This document shows, one piece after another, positions 9,219 through 18,789 of a DNA stretch of 45,428 bases. The notes under the pieces were generated by a model. It was not told the origin of the DNA. It did not search any database and saw only the letters and a list, made by a program, of their open reading frames with translations. The position numbers and the translations under genes were made by a program. The DNA is taken from positions 132,337 to 177,764 of the IMG/VR virus record IMGVR_UViG_3300006467_000563; one strand, given 5' to 3'. Within the stretch, counting starts at the first letter, position 1. Each line of letters begins with the position of its first letter. This DNA comes from a virus. Taxonomy: Duplodnaviria; Heunggongvirae; Uroviricota; Caudoviricetes.

Positions 9219-11402
9219 TTACTCCTGTTCGATTGAATAAATGATTGCACAAATGTCTCTAACATCGTCTACAGTAGCAGGTTTTCCTGTTGTAGCGTGG
9301 ATATCAGCGACACACTCTGTAATAGCATCACTAATCTCAGGCTCTAAAGTAACTCCACTATCTAATAGATTATACACCTTATCTGGGTTAACTTCCGCAA
9401 ATGCTGGCAAAGCAAAAAGGATGGCGTGCTTCAACATCTCACATTCTGCCTTATCATCTGCTGATAAACTACGTACGTTTTTCTTGTTCTTCATAGCTAA
9501 GAACTTAGGAACTACTGTATCTGAAATAATCTGTTGAGCAGTACTTGCCCAAGCGTATGCATTGATGAAAGCAGAAGTCTGAGGACTAACCTTACGCTGT
9601 TTCCTCTTTTGAGTATCTTTGGAATTCTTAGGTCTTCCATTATTCTCACCAGTAGGTTTGCGTGCGTTATTTAGGTTCTGTGAGCCAGACCCACCCTTTT
9701 CTTTTGCCAACTTAAGCTGAGTTTCAGTCATCGTTTCCATTTTAGTCTTTTCGCCTTCTTTACGCTCTTCTAGTTCAAGACCAACTTCAGAAGGTGTAAC
9801 CTCTCCTTGTTGAGCAAAGATTTTCTTTAGCTCATGACTAGTTTGAGGATTATGGAATGGACTAGCTTTATCAGTCTTCTTTCCTTTGTCACGCATTTTT
9901 GTTTCACGCTGTGTTCTAGCATCTTCGATTGAAGGAGTGAATCCGCAATATCTTTGCATCGCTTCATCACTAATAATTCCACGGTCAACGAGAGCAAGTA
10001 ATAATTGTTTCTCTGCTGTCTCATCACCGAGTACCATTTTATCGAACTTGATTGTTGGTAGACTTGGAAGCCCAAGTGCAGCTTGAACAATACGTAATTC
10101 GTTCGTCCAGAAATCGATTAAAATACTTCTGATATATTGAAGACGCTCAATAAAAGTCTGCAGAGAGATGAAGTTATTTCCCAAACCTTCACCGCTAACA
10201 CCACGTAAAGCTGGCGGAACACCAAGCCCACTATAAATTGCATCTAGAGTTGATTGATACTTTTCAGGACCTAAGAATCGGTATGCATTACTATCACTCT
10301 CGATAAACTCGATGTCTGGACCCCAAATTAAGTCTAGAGTACCCCCACCACATCCAGACGCAAGTACATTACGCAGCTTGTTAATCATAGCAGCATTAGG
10401 GGCAACCTTATGTTCAAGACTACCTAGTTTCCATAAACGGACACTAGAAATGATACCATCCAAAGCAGACATGTCAGCTAATTGCAGCTTATCTAGCATT
10501 GCAATATTCTTAAAGATAGAACGTAAAACTGGAGTTGCCCAAGGCTTCCAATCGTCCTTTTTATAGAATAATACAGTAAGATTCTCTTTTGGTAATAGCT
10601 TACGAGTCTCTGTACCGGGAACAATACCAAGTCTATTAATAGGATTTGGCATACCTGTTCTATCAGTTGGACTGTACAATGAGTCTTGCACACTCTTTGT
10701 GATTTTTAGATAGTATTGCTCTTTATCATCCATACCATATAATGGGTTATCGTCACCATATTCAGGTTCGATAGTCAGGATGTTCAGGAAGCGGTATTTT
10801 ACTGGGATACGATTCTTCTGAATCTTTACACCGTCTACCTCTTTCGCAGCAGCAGCAGTCGCATTGTGAACTTTTTTCCATGCACGAATATCAGAGATTT
10901 TTTGCTTTCCCCATTTTCGCCAGATAGGAACATTGGCTTGACTCATTAGGTAATAACATAGTCTCTCAGATACCTTGTTACCACTTACCTTTTTAAACCA
11001 ACTTTTGTATAATCTATCAGTTGCTGGTACAGGATGTTCTAAGTCAATACCTTGACATGAGAAGTCTGCCATCAAGGAGAAAATTTCTTTGATTCTACCG
11101 TTATCTTCACAGATATCCATAGAACGACGAATGATATCTTTACTCTTCCAAGGTGTAGCTTCATTTGGACGTACGTATTCATAGTCGCCTCTCTGGTAAG
11201 CACTCTTCATACTTGTCCGACTACTATCTACACCAATATAATCTGCGTTACTTCTAGCAACAGCAGAGAACTCTGGAATCTCACTAGCATACCTACTCAT
11301 TGCTGATGCATCTGAAGTACCATCTGCAGCACCAAATGCAATGTATGCAGCTTCAGGTGATTGATTGTCTTTTTGTTTTGGTCTTGGTCTAATATTTTCC
11401 AT
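9219..11402 (-). CDS. Portal protein
   Basis: 727 aa directly downstream of terminase; IYSGLGVPPALRG, KPWATP and charged C-terminal tail typical of portals. Confidence 0.85.
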   Translation of the reverse strand: MENIRPRPKQKDNQSPEAAYIAFGAADGTSDASAMSRYASEIPEFSAVARSNADYIGVDSSRTSMKSAYQRGDYEYVRPNEATPWKSKDIIRRSMDICEDNGRIKEIFSLMADFSCQGIDLEHPVPATDRLYKSWFKKVSGNKVSERLCYYLMSQANVPIWRKWGKQKISDIRAWKKVHNATAAAAKEVDGVKIQKNRIPVKYRFLNILTIEPEYGDDNPLYGMDDKEQYYLKITKSVQDSLYSPTDRTGMPNPINRLGIVPGTETRKLLPKENLTVLFYKKDDWKPWATPVLRSIFKNIAMLDKLQLADMSALDGIISSVRLWKLGSLEHKVAPNAAMINKLRNVLASGCGGGTLDLIWGPDIEFIESDSNAYRFLGPEKYQSTLDAIYSGLGVPPALRGVSGEGLGNNFISLQTFIERLQYIRSILIDFWTNELRIVQAALGLPSLPTIKFDKMVLGDETAEKQLLLALVDRGIISDEAMQRYCGFTPSIEDARTQRETKMRDKGKKTDKASPFHNPQTSHELKKIFAQQGEVTPSEVGLELEERKEGEKTKMETMTETQLKLAKEKGGSGSQNLNNARKPTGENNGRPKNSKDTQKRKQRKVSPQTSAFINAYAWASTAQQIISDTVVPKFLAMKNKKNVRSLSADDKAECEMLKHAILFALPAFAEVNPDKVYNLLDSGVTLEPEISDAITECVADIHATTGKPATVDDVRDICAIIYSIEQE

Positions 11403-11411
11403 TCTTAACCT

Positions 11412-13505
11412 TTAAATCGAGCCATAGGCGTCTAAAATACTCTTGTCCATGTCCCGCTTCATCCACTCAGGTGCGGTTTTATACCCAACGTCTTCGCTAT
11501 ATTTACTTTTTACAATACTGGCAAAGTCACCAGCAGTGCTTCTTTCCATTCCAGTAAAAGGAACTGGAGTAATTGCACGTGCTGCCATGTTAGCAAGTAA
11601 TAAAGCAGAATAACGGTCTTTCTTAGCTTTTCCTTTTTTACCATTTGCCTGTTTGATATCTGGGGTATCCCAGCTTTCTCTACCACTAGGCGTGATAGTA
11701 ACAACGATACTGATTAACTCATCTTTTAATTCTTCAATCTCGTCAAAAATATCTTCTAAAGTATCATAATTTGGAACATCTTCCATTGACATTCCACCGT
11801 CAGTAACTAAAATACTTGTATCATAGTATGGGAATAATAGACTCTTCTCAGTGATATCCTTTTTTAAACCATGATTCGCTTCAGTCAACCATTTGTAGTT
11901 GGCGAAGTTAATCATGTCCAAAATTTTAGGACCTTCATACCAGTCAGAGTCTTTTTCTTTGTCATCATCTACAATTGGCCAGAAAGGTTTTTCTCCAGCT
12001 TCGATGTCAATCTTATCCATGTCTCGTAACGCTTCTTCGATTGCAATACCACCACCACCAGCGTCGATGGCAATACGTTCAATAGAGAATGCTTTTGTTA
12101 GCTCACGAATCTTTTTAGCACACCAAGCATAATAGTTATGTTCATCTAATTGTCCAGAAGCGATACGCTCCCTATGTTCTGACTTATTTGTACTCCATCC
12201 GTATACAACACGCTTATGTTCTGGATGAATCTCAAGAACAACAATAGAAAATCTGTCAACCTCAGAAGCTGGGTCAACACCCATAACATATTTCAGTCCG
12301 GGTCTACCTCGTTTTACAGCAGAGAAGTGGCTGAATCCACCATTTGGAAGCCAGCTATAAAATGTCTTTTCTGGTGCTGTAGTAGCAGATTCGATTGCTG
12401 TATATTTAAAGAATCCATTAGAGTCTTTCGAGAATACGGCACCATATTCCATTTCGTAAGTACCTCTATCGATTGTTGCCTTAGCACGGTTTCTTTGGCC
12501 TTCATCCATGAAACCTTTAGGAACTTTTTCATAAGGAATACGGAAAATGCAGTAATCTTTATAGTCTGTACTAGCATCATTATCTTTGTCTTCGATATCA
12601 ATTGAATCAACATCTTTTCCAAGATACTTATAGTATTTCCCCATATCTCCGCGAGAAAGAATACGTGCTTTCCACATACGCCAGTATTCAGCAAAGTGGT
12701 TGATAGTATAATAAGCTGTACCAGAAATGATGATTTGGTTTGATATTTCGAATTCATCAACCGTGTGAATTTCAGCAGGTAAAATGATATTGCGTTCTTT
12801 TGCCATAGCAATAGCAGCTTCACGTTTTACATTACCAAGTGGGTTAGAAGATACGATAGCGAAACCAGCAATAACTGTTTCGAAAATTTCTCTGTTGATA
12901 GCACCGAACTCGTCGGCAATAACGTCGTGGGCACGTTGACCACGAATCTTTTCACCATCACCGAGTGGGAAGCAGTTAATAACACTTTCGCCAATACGAA
13001 AACCACAGATGTCAGTACCACGGAAAGGTCCATTACGAGTACCGGGATAACTATTAACAATATCTCTCAGCAAAGGAGAATTATTATAAATCTGTTCCAT
13101 GTATCCAAACAGAACCTTAGATTGACGATAAGCAGCACCACAAATAGCAATCTTACGTCCCGGTAAAAGTAGGGCACGTAAAAGAGCATATACGGCTAAC
13201 CCGAAACTCTTACCATAACCACGAGTAGCAATAAGCATTGGGAATTTTTTGTCCCAAATCTCTTTGTAGAAAAGTGCCTGCATTGGCAGCAAGTTTACCT
13301 TGAGAATTTCACTACACACAAATGAAATATATTCTGGTCTAGTTAATAACCAACTAATATACAGTGGCATCAACTCAGGCTCTTGGAACTCATTTGGAAT
13401 ATTAATGAGCGGATTAAATAACTCATCTGGCTTGACATCTACGTTCAACCAAGCATATCTCAGCTCTGGATGCTTCTGGTAGAGTTGTTCCATATCAAAT
13501 GCCAT
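11412..13505 (-). CDS. terL: Terminase large subunit
   Basis: Walker A ATRGYGKS, Walker B VIADEF, coupling motif SGTA, RNase H-like GVDPA / IDAGGGG / KDRYSA. Confidence 0.95.
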   Translation of the reverse strand: MAFDMEQLYQKHPELRYAWLNVDVKPDELFNPLINIPNEFQEPELMPLYISWLLTRPEYISFVCSEILKVNLLPMQALFYKEIWDKKFPMLIATRGYGKSFGLAVYALLRALLLPGRKIAICGAAYRQSKVLFGYMEQIYNNSPLLRDIVNSYPGTRNGPFRGTDICGFRIGESVINCFPLGDGEKIRGQRAHDVIADEFGAINREIFETVIAGFAIVSSNPLGNVKREAAIAMAKERNIILPAEIHTVDEFEISNQIIISGTAYYTINHFAEYWRMWKARILSRGDMGKYYKYLGKDVDSIDIEDKDNDASTDYKDYCIFRIPYEKVPKGFMDEGQRNRAKATIDRGTYEMEYGAVFSKDSNGFFKYTAIESATTAPEKTFYSWLPNGGFSHFSAVKRGRPGLKYVMGVDPASEVDRFSIVVLEIHPEHKRVVYGWSTNKSEHRERIASGQLDEHNYYAWCAKKIRELTKAFSIERIAIDAGGGGIAIEEALRDMDKIDIEAGEKPFWPIVDDDKEKDSDWYEGPKILDMINFANYKWLTEANHGLKKDITEKSLLFPYYDTSILVTDGGMSMEDVPNYDTLEDIFDEIEELKDELISIVVTITPSGRESWDTPDIKQANGKKGKAKKDRYSALLLANMAARAITPVPFTGMERSTAGDFASIVKSKYSEDVGYKTAPEWMKRDMDKSILDAYGSI

Positions 13506-13966
13506 TAATACCAACCTTTCTTATGATTGTCATATACATCTTTTAGTAAGTTGAAGGCACGGTCTTCTGCGGCCTCTTTATTATTACAAAAGATTACTTC
13601 GACACCATAATTTGCAATACATCTATCTAGGTTTTTGGAAAGTAACATACCATTTGTTCTGATGATGTCACGCTTTGGTGCCATTGAGTGTTTTGGATAG
13701 TCGTTAACATGGTCAATTGGGAATTCACACAAGATGTATTTGTATTTCACCTTTGAGATACGCTCCATCTCCCGCCACCATGCCTCTTTTTTTCTGCTGA
13801 AATTACCAGCAATTTCATCTGCAGATGCTTTTCTTTCGATTAGAATAACATCTTCGAAACCTTCGACTGTGTAGTCGCCGGTCTTAAGGCTTTTTACTTT
13901 TACTTCCACGCCATAAAATGAAAAATCAAAAGGATTCTTCTCTTGCGTGTCTTGGATAATAATCAT
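13505..13966 (-). CDS. ERCC4/XPF-family nuclease
   Basis: IIQDTQE...LKTGDY...IERKASADE matches the DxRE...GDY...ERKxxxD family signature. Confidence 0.85.
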   Translation of the reverse strand: MIIIQDTQEKNPFDFSFYGVEVKVKSLKTGDYTVEGFEDVILIERKASADEIAGNFSRKKEAWWREMERISKVKYKYILCEFPIDHVNDYPKHSMAPKRDIIRTNGMLLSKNLDRCIANYGVEVIFCNNKEAAEDRAFNLLKDVYDNHKKGWY

Positions 13967-14343
13967 TACTTGGTCTTGTTCCTAATTATTTCTTTGAACA
14001 GTCCTATGTAGTAAGATTCCTTGTCAGTAATCCTGTCGTGGCATTTCCTGCATAAACAGATGCCGTTGCTGACAACAAATCTAAGTGATGGTGCGTCTGC
14101 CCATCTGATGATGTGATGCACCTTGATTGCTTTACCAGAAGTACAATTAGGCATTTGGCATTTATTGCCATCACGCTTCTTTACTGCTGCACGGAAAGCA
14201 CGGTATTCTGGAGAATTGTAATCTCTATTACCTTTATTTCTGTAAGAGTTCTGAACGTAACTAAGATGCCGATGGCCTATCTTACCGATACGTTTTTTAC
14301 GCGTTGTACGCTTTTTCCCTCTCATAACCCCTATCTGATTCAA
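13966..14343 (-). CDS. HNH endonuclease
   Basis: RDGNKCQMPNC...VHHI...SNGICLCRKCH. Confidence 0.9.
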   Translation of the reverse strand: MNQIGVMRGKKRTTRKKRIGKIGHRHLSYVQNSYRNKGNRDYNSPEYRAFRAAVKKRDGNKCQMPNCTSGKAIKVHHIIRWADAPSLRFVVSNGICLCRKCHDRITDKESYYIGLFKEIIRNKTK

Positions 14344-15718
14344 CCATAATATTAACTAATTGTCTGAAGTTTGTTGTAGGTTTCCATCCAAGAATCTCAT
14401 TTGCTTTGGTAGAGTTACCTTTTAAGAAATCAACTTCTGCTGGTCTTATAAATTCTGGATTGATTACAACAAAATCTTCATAATCTAGTTCATAAGCCCC
14501 AAACGCTTCACGAAGTAAGTCTCTTACGCTGTGTGTTTCTCCAGTTGCAAGTACAAAGTCATCCGCCTTGTCATGTTCTAGGATGCTGACCATTCCTTCA
14601 CAATAATCCCTAGCAAATCCCCAGTCCCGTTTTGCGTCTAAATTACCAAGTTCTAGTGCTCCAAATTTTTCTTTGCACCATTCAATAGCTTGCTCGTCGC
14701 ATTTATTTACAATATGAAAATGTCCATTAACATCACGCTCAGAAGTGTAATCTTCATACACTCCTAGCTTATCAATCTCAGTCAGAAAATTGACAACTTT
14801 CGCAACGTACTTTGTAATTTTTCTTGTAACGAAGTTCTCACCGCGTCTAGGACTTTCGTGATTGAATAGAATACCTGAGCACGCGAATAAGCCATATGAT
14901 TCTCTATATAATCTTACCATGTGATGTGCTGCCAATTTTGCTACAGCATATGGAGACTGAGGCATGAACTCCGTCTCTTCGTCTTGATATCTGTATGTGA
15001 TTGTTTCATGCTTTTCGGTAAGATTGCCATCTTTATCTGTTGATACAGAGTAATCTGATGTTACAATATTCTCACTGTAATTTTTACCAAACATTTCACT
15101 TGTGCTTGCTTGATAGAATCTGTTAGTTTTATCTACAGTAAGAATCGCATTTAGAATATTGACACAACCTGTAGCAGTTGAATCCCAAGTTGCAACTGGC
15201 TGTTTGAAAGAGGTGCCTACATGAGACTGTGCAGCAAGGTTGTAAATATGTGTTGGCTTATGTTCCCTGACGAGTTCGGCAACTGAATGAGTGTCAGTAA
15301 CGTCACCTTCTACTACTATAAACTTTTCATTCTTAATGTGGTCAATTCTGTGTGTGTTACTGACGCTCGAACGTCTTTTAACACCAATGACTGTGTATCC
15401 TTTGTCTAATAATATTTCTGATAGATAACTACCGTCTTGACCTGTCACTCCAAAGATAATAGCTACTTTACGAGACACTGTCGGCATATCAGCTATTGTC
15501 ATCTCTGGCATAGTAGTAAAACTTGAATTTGTGTAATATCCTACATTAACTGGCATTCCATAAACCTCGTAAAATCCTGTTTCCTTTTGTAATTCTTTTG
15601 ATAACATTTCATTAATCACTTCATCAAAATATTGATTAGCTTTAAAAGTAAAATTTATATTTTTAGGATTAATGTAATCGTTGTTCAAATTAAATATCTT
15701 CTGCTTCTTCTCCGTCAT
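14297..15718 (-). CDS. gmd: GDP-mannose 4,6-dehydratase with N-terminal extension and two insertions
   Basis: GVTGQDGSYL, YNLAAQSHV, FYQASTSEMFG, SPYAVAK, GILFNHESPRRGENFVTRKIT, LGNLDAKRDWG, RPAEVD; GAGGA SD before ATG 15718. Confidence 0.95.
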   Translation of the reverse strand: MTEKKQKIFNLNNDYINPKNINFTFKANQYFDEVINEMLSKELQKETGFYEVYGMPVNVGYYTNSSFTTMPEMTIADMPTVSRKVAIIFGVTGQDGSYLSEILLDKGYTVIGVKRRSSVSNTHRIDHIKNEKFIVVEGDVTDTHSVAELVREHKPTHIYNLAAQSHVGTSFKQPVATWDSTATGCVNILNAILTVDKTNRFYQASTSEMFGKNYSENIVTSDYSVSTDKDGNLTEKHETITYRYQDEETEFMPQSPYAVAKLAAHHMVRLYRESYGLFACSGILFNHESPRRGENFVTRKITKYVAKVVNFLTEIDKLGVYEDYTSERDVNGHFHIVNKCDEQAIEWCKEKFGALELGNLDAKRDWGFARDYCEGMVSILEHDKADDFVLATGETHSVRDLLREAFGAYELDYEDFVVINPEFIRPAEVDFLKGNSTKANEILGWKPTTNFRQLVNIMVESDRGYEREKAYNA

Positions 15719-15817
15719 AATTTTCCTCTGGCTGAATTGCGTAAGTTTCACAATGCCAGATTTCCCCAACAAAGTCTTTTCTTACACGTTCAAAAATATC
15801 TTCTAAATCGTCATTTG

Positions 15818-16636
15818 TTAACACGTGTGGTCCTCTTTCACTGTTTCATGACTTAGATAAACTTGGTCAATTTCACCGTCTTCGTATTTGTGATAAGCCG
15901 CCAACTTGATTTTTTCATCTATTGCAGCTAATCTATATCTTTCCATTTCTTCGCCAATACGTTTACGAAGTGATTTGTCGTTAATCAATCTGGACAACCA
16001 TGTGTTGTAAGTTTCCTTACTATTCTCAATCTTTTTTACACGGTCAATTCTCGCCCCCTTGATTTTATCAACCAATTGATTCTTCTCTTTTTGGTGGATT
16101 GAGTACTGCTTTCCTGCAGCATCGCGGGAGCCGTAACAAACTGCGATATTATCCATCAGCTCAGCACGTTCTAATCTTTGTTGGTCGGATAGCTCAGAGA
16201 TATTACTAAGTTCATTTAATCTTGTTCTACATTGCTCAATCATTTCCATGTTTTCAGCCTGCTCTGTTAAACAACGCTGCATCAAAATATCGCTCTTAAT
16301 CATATCAACAATCTGCATTTCTTCTGTATGTAGAACGTCATTGTTGAACTGACTGATTGTTCTAATCCACTGGTCTTTGAAATGTTCTCTTTCAGACTTT
16401 GTGAATTGCTGCATAATAGTTTCGTAGTATTTTCTAGTCTCAAGCTCGAATTCTACATCATATGCCATCTGACCATCAGCGTCTTGTGTTAAGCCAAGTT
16501 TAGCCAATTGCTTTTTGATTGTCTTGTATTCACGATTCAGCTCATCAGCCATATCGTCTTCTGTCATTGTCTTGTAATTTTCACGAAGGAATTTATTTTC
16601 CTCTTTTGAAAATCTACCCGGTTTTTTACCTGCCAT
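15818..16636 (-). CDS. Putative terminase small subunit (N-terminal HTH plus coiled coil)
   Basis: FSKEENKFLRENYKTMTEDDMADELNR HTH-like start, long helical body, upstream of terL. Confidence 0.55.
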   Translation of the reverse strand: MAGKKPGRFSKEENKFLRENYKTMTEDDMADELNREYKTIKKQLAKLGLTQDADGQMAYDVEFELETRKYYETIMQQFTKSEREHFKDQWIRTISQFNNDVLHTEEMQIVDMIKSDILMQRCLTEQAENMEMIEQCRTRLNELSNISELSDQQRLERAELMDNIAVCYGSRDAAGKQYSIHQKEKNQLVDKIKGARIDRVKKIENSKETYNTWLSRLINDKSLRKRIGEEMERYRLAAIDEKIKLAAYHKYEDGEIDQVYLSHETVKEDHTC

Positions 16637-16824
16637 TAGTTAAGTACTACTCCATCTTTTACTAGCGACCGAAGCTGTTTAATAACTTTGGTTCTGAGTG
16701 TGTTGACTTCATATTGATACTTTGATAAAATCTCTTCATATAACTCTATATCTTCTTCATTTGCACTATCTTTTAAAAGAATTCTAATGTTTGGTGTATC
16801 GATTTTAGAAGTCATCCATGTCAT
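16636..16824 (-). CDS. Hypothetical protein
   Basis: Overlap-coupled to both neighbours. Confidence 0.5.
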   Translation of the reverse strand: MTWMTSKIDTPNIRILLKDSANEEDIELYEEILSKYQYEVNTLRTKVIKQLRSLVKDGVVLN

Positions 16825-17365
16825 CGGTAGTTTCTCCGACTATTTCTTTGATTTTTGTTATTATTTCTTTTCGACGTTTGATAGGAATTGTTTTTTCCAT
16901 GCCTGTTTTCATTTTCAGGTAATCCTGTCTACAATCTACAGGAAGCTCTCTGTCAATCTTGTCGAAAATTTCTTGATGTAATATCTTAGATGTGAAATTG
17001 GTTGATATCTGCATACTTGACTCTTCTTCATCATCCACCTGTGTGATATCGATAGGGTTCATTAGGTTCATCTTGACATCTGCGTGTTTAGTATCAAGAC
17101 GATAGTAGTTCTTTCTCTTAAAATTCTTAACTCTATTACTTACATATACACGGACAAAGTTTTCTAATTCACCTTTGTCACACTCGAACTTTTCTAACGC
17201 CTGATAGCCTAAGAATATGCACTCTTGGACCATATCTGACTCGTCGTAGTAACCAAACACATATTTTGGTCCTACACTCTCAGCAATACTAATAATCAAC
17301 GCAACGACATCTGACTCAGAGATTCCTAATCCATTTGTAATCCTAATCGGAACTGTCATTTGCAT
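16805..17365 (-). CDS. Sigma-70-like transcription factor
   Basis: DESDMVQECIFLGYQALEKFECDKGELENFVRVYVSNRVKNFKR resembles sigma region 2; start moved to 17365 behind AAGGAG. Confidence 0.7.
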   Translation of the reverse strand: MQMTVPIRITNGLGISESDVVALIISIAESVGPKYVFGYYDESDMVQECIFLGYQALEKFECDKGELENFVRVYVSNRVKNFKRKNYYRLDTKHADVKMNLMNPIDITQVDDEEESSMQISTNFTSKILHQEIFDKIDRELPVDCRQDYLKMKTGMEKTIPIKRRKEIITKIKEIVGETTDDMDDF

Positions 17366-17507
17366 CTTGTTTTGTAAACTCCTTGATGCTTGCTTCTGCA
17401 TCTTCTTCACTTGGGTCAGAAAGCATTAACTCCTCTGATACTCTAGAGTTAAGGTCCGCTGACGCTTTCATTTCAAGTTCTACGTTGTTCTTATCTTCTT
17501 TAGTCAT
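17343..17507 (-). CDS. Small acidic protein (54 aa), first gene of the late operon
   Basis: Not in ORF track; AGAGGA SD; MTKEDKNNVELEMKASADLNSRVSEELMLSDPSEEDAEASIKEFTKQDANDSSD. Confidence 0.6.
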   Translation of the reverse strand: MTKEDKNNVELEMKASADLNSRVSEELMLSDPSEEDAEASIKEFTKQDANDSSD

Positions 17508-17550
17508 AATATCCTCTTAATGAAATTGTAATTGAATTACCCACTATAGG

Positions 17551-17560
17551 ATTATACACC
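17551..17560 (-). promoter_or_regulatory. Candidate late promoter GGTGTATAAT
   Basis: Head of the minus-strand operon; identical to the motif at 8867-8876. Confidence 0.55.
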
Positions 17561-17684
17561 TATTCTGCTGCAATAGCGGTACTTACAGCATTTTCACTAT
17601 CTTATTATAGTTAAATTATGTACAGTGTACCAAATTATATATTATATTTTTGTGATTTTTTTTGTTTTTTGGCATGAGTTGGGA

Positions 17685-17712
17685 TTGACTATCTAAGAAG
17701 TTATGGTAAAAT
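17685..17712 (+). promoter_or_regulatory. Sigma-70-type promoter
   Basis: TTGACT-16-TAAAAT with TGn extension, at the strand switch. Confidence 0.6.
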
Positions 17713-17743
17713 GAGATAAACAATTTTAAAGAAAGGAAATATC

Positions 17744-18133
17744 ATGCCGTATATTAAACAAGCAGACAGAGACAAAGTGGTAGGGGGATTAAGTTGGAGT
17801 ACATCAAGTGGATACGAAAAAGAATACTCTCTTGACGAAGTTATTGAGGAATTAATCCAACATGTACAGACGACAGGATGGGAAATTGACATTGATGAGG
17901 CTATAGATAGACGTAAAGGTTTATTAAACTACATCTGTACACGACTTGTAGCTGGGGGGATGGAACCGGGAGAATGTTGGGGTTATGACTCTATCTCTAA
18001 TGCTCATGCATGTTTACAGGATGCAGCAGATGAATTAAACCGTCGCTTGATGGGCAAATATGAGGATATGTGTATCGAGAAAAATGGGGATGTTAAAGAA
18101 TATGAAAATGCAAGATTTAAGGGGCAAAAATGA
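17744..18133 (+). CDS. Conserved phage protein (MPYI...GxLNY...YEDxxIxKNGDV family)
   Basis: Recognisable phage-family motifs; AAGGA SD. Confidence 0.7.
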   Translation: MPYIKQADRDKVVGGLSWSTSSGYEKEYSLDEVIEELIQHVQTTGWEIDIDEAIDRRKGLLNYICTRLVAGGMEPGECWGYDSISNAHACLQDAADELNRRLMGKYEDMCIEKNGDVKEYENARFKGQK

Positions 18134-18351
18134 AATTCTATAAAGCGTTAAATTTACTATACAAAAATCCTGATTGCAAAATTACACATCCAAACTGGGA
18201 TGCAGACACATTTATCGCATTTTTTGAAGAAGATACGATTGACATGGCTGTTGGTGAAAAAGGATACTCTGACTTCGATATATGTGACATGAATAGTGAC
18301 GAATTTGAAGTAGTAAGAACAGTACATCTAAAGGTGGATGATGAAATTTAA
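18130..18351 (+). CDS. DUF2829/Tad2-like paralog (single domain)
   Basis: MKFYKALNLL...KITHPNW...DMNSDEFEVV. Confidence 0.55.
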   Translation: MKFYKALNLLYKNPDCKITHPNWDADTFIAFFEEDTIDMAVGEKGYSDFDICDMNSDEFEVVRTVHLKVDDEI

Positions 18352-18538
18352 CAAAGCATGCAAGTTACTTGCAAAAGGACACAAGGTTGAATGTTATTCA
18401 TGGCCATCTTATGGTCCAAAATACATTCATGTGGTAGGGAGTAACCGAGTCTTATGTGACGAAGGTTGGGACGCATCGAGTTTTTTATGGGGGTATAGCG
18501 AAAAACATTGGAAACTACATGCCCCAAAAAGTGAGTAG
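18341..18538 (+). CDS. DUF2829/Tad2-like paralog (single domain)
   Basis: MKFNKACKLLAKGHKVECYSW...YI...HWKL. Confidence 0.55.
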   Translation: MKFNKACKLLAKGHKVECYSWPSYGPKYIHVVGSNRVLCDEGWDASSFLWGYSEKHWKLHAPKSE

Positions 18539-18540
18539 TA

Positions 18541-18789
18541 ATGAGTAATTACAAAAATGAACAGGCACTAGCTTTAGAAAATCAACTGGCAAAACTGGAT
18601 AATGCATTGCATATAATTACAAATCTAGAATCTTACAATTTTAACATATGCACACCAGAAGGCGATTTGACGTGGGATGTTTTGAATTTTAACCAAAGGG
18701 AAACAGACTCATTAACCGATGTACTAATCACAGCAGTGAACAGAAATATTCTGGAAATCGAAAGAGAAATTGAAGAAATTGGATTATGA
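18541..18789 (+). CDS. Hypothetical protein
   Basis: Coupled ORF in dense operon. Confidence 0.55.
   Translation: MSNYKNEQALALENQLAKLDNALHIITNLESYNFNICTPEGDLTWDVLNFNQRETDSLTDVLITAVNRNILEIEREIEEIGL

Noticed and set aside
11412-15718. Inteins or introns in terL or gmd
   Set aside because: Frames are continuous; insertions are short and lack intein terminal motifs
803-16981. Plus-strand ORFs and nested minus-strand ORFs over the structural genes
   Set aside because: Antisense or alternate-frame shadows of well-supported genes
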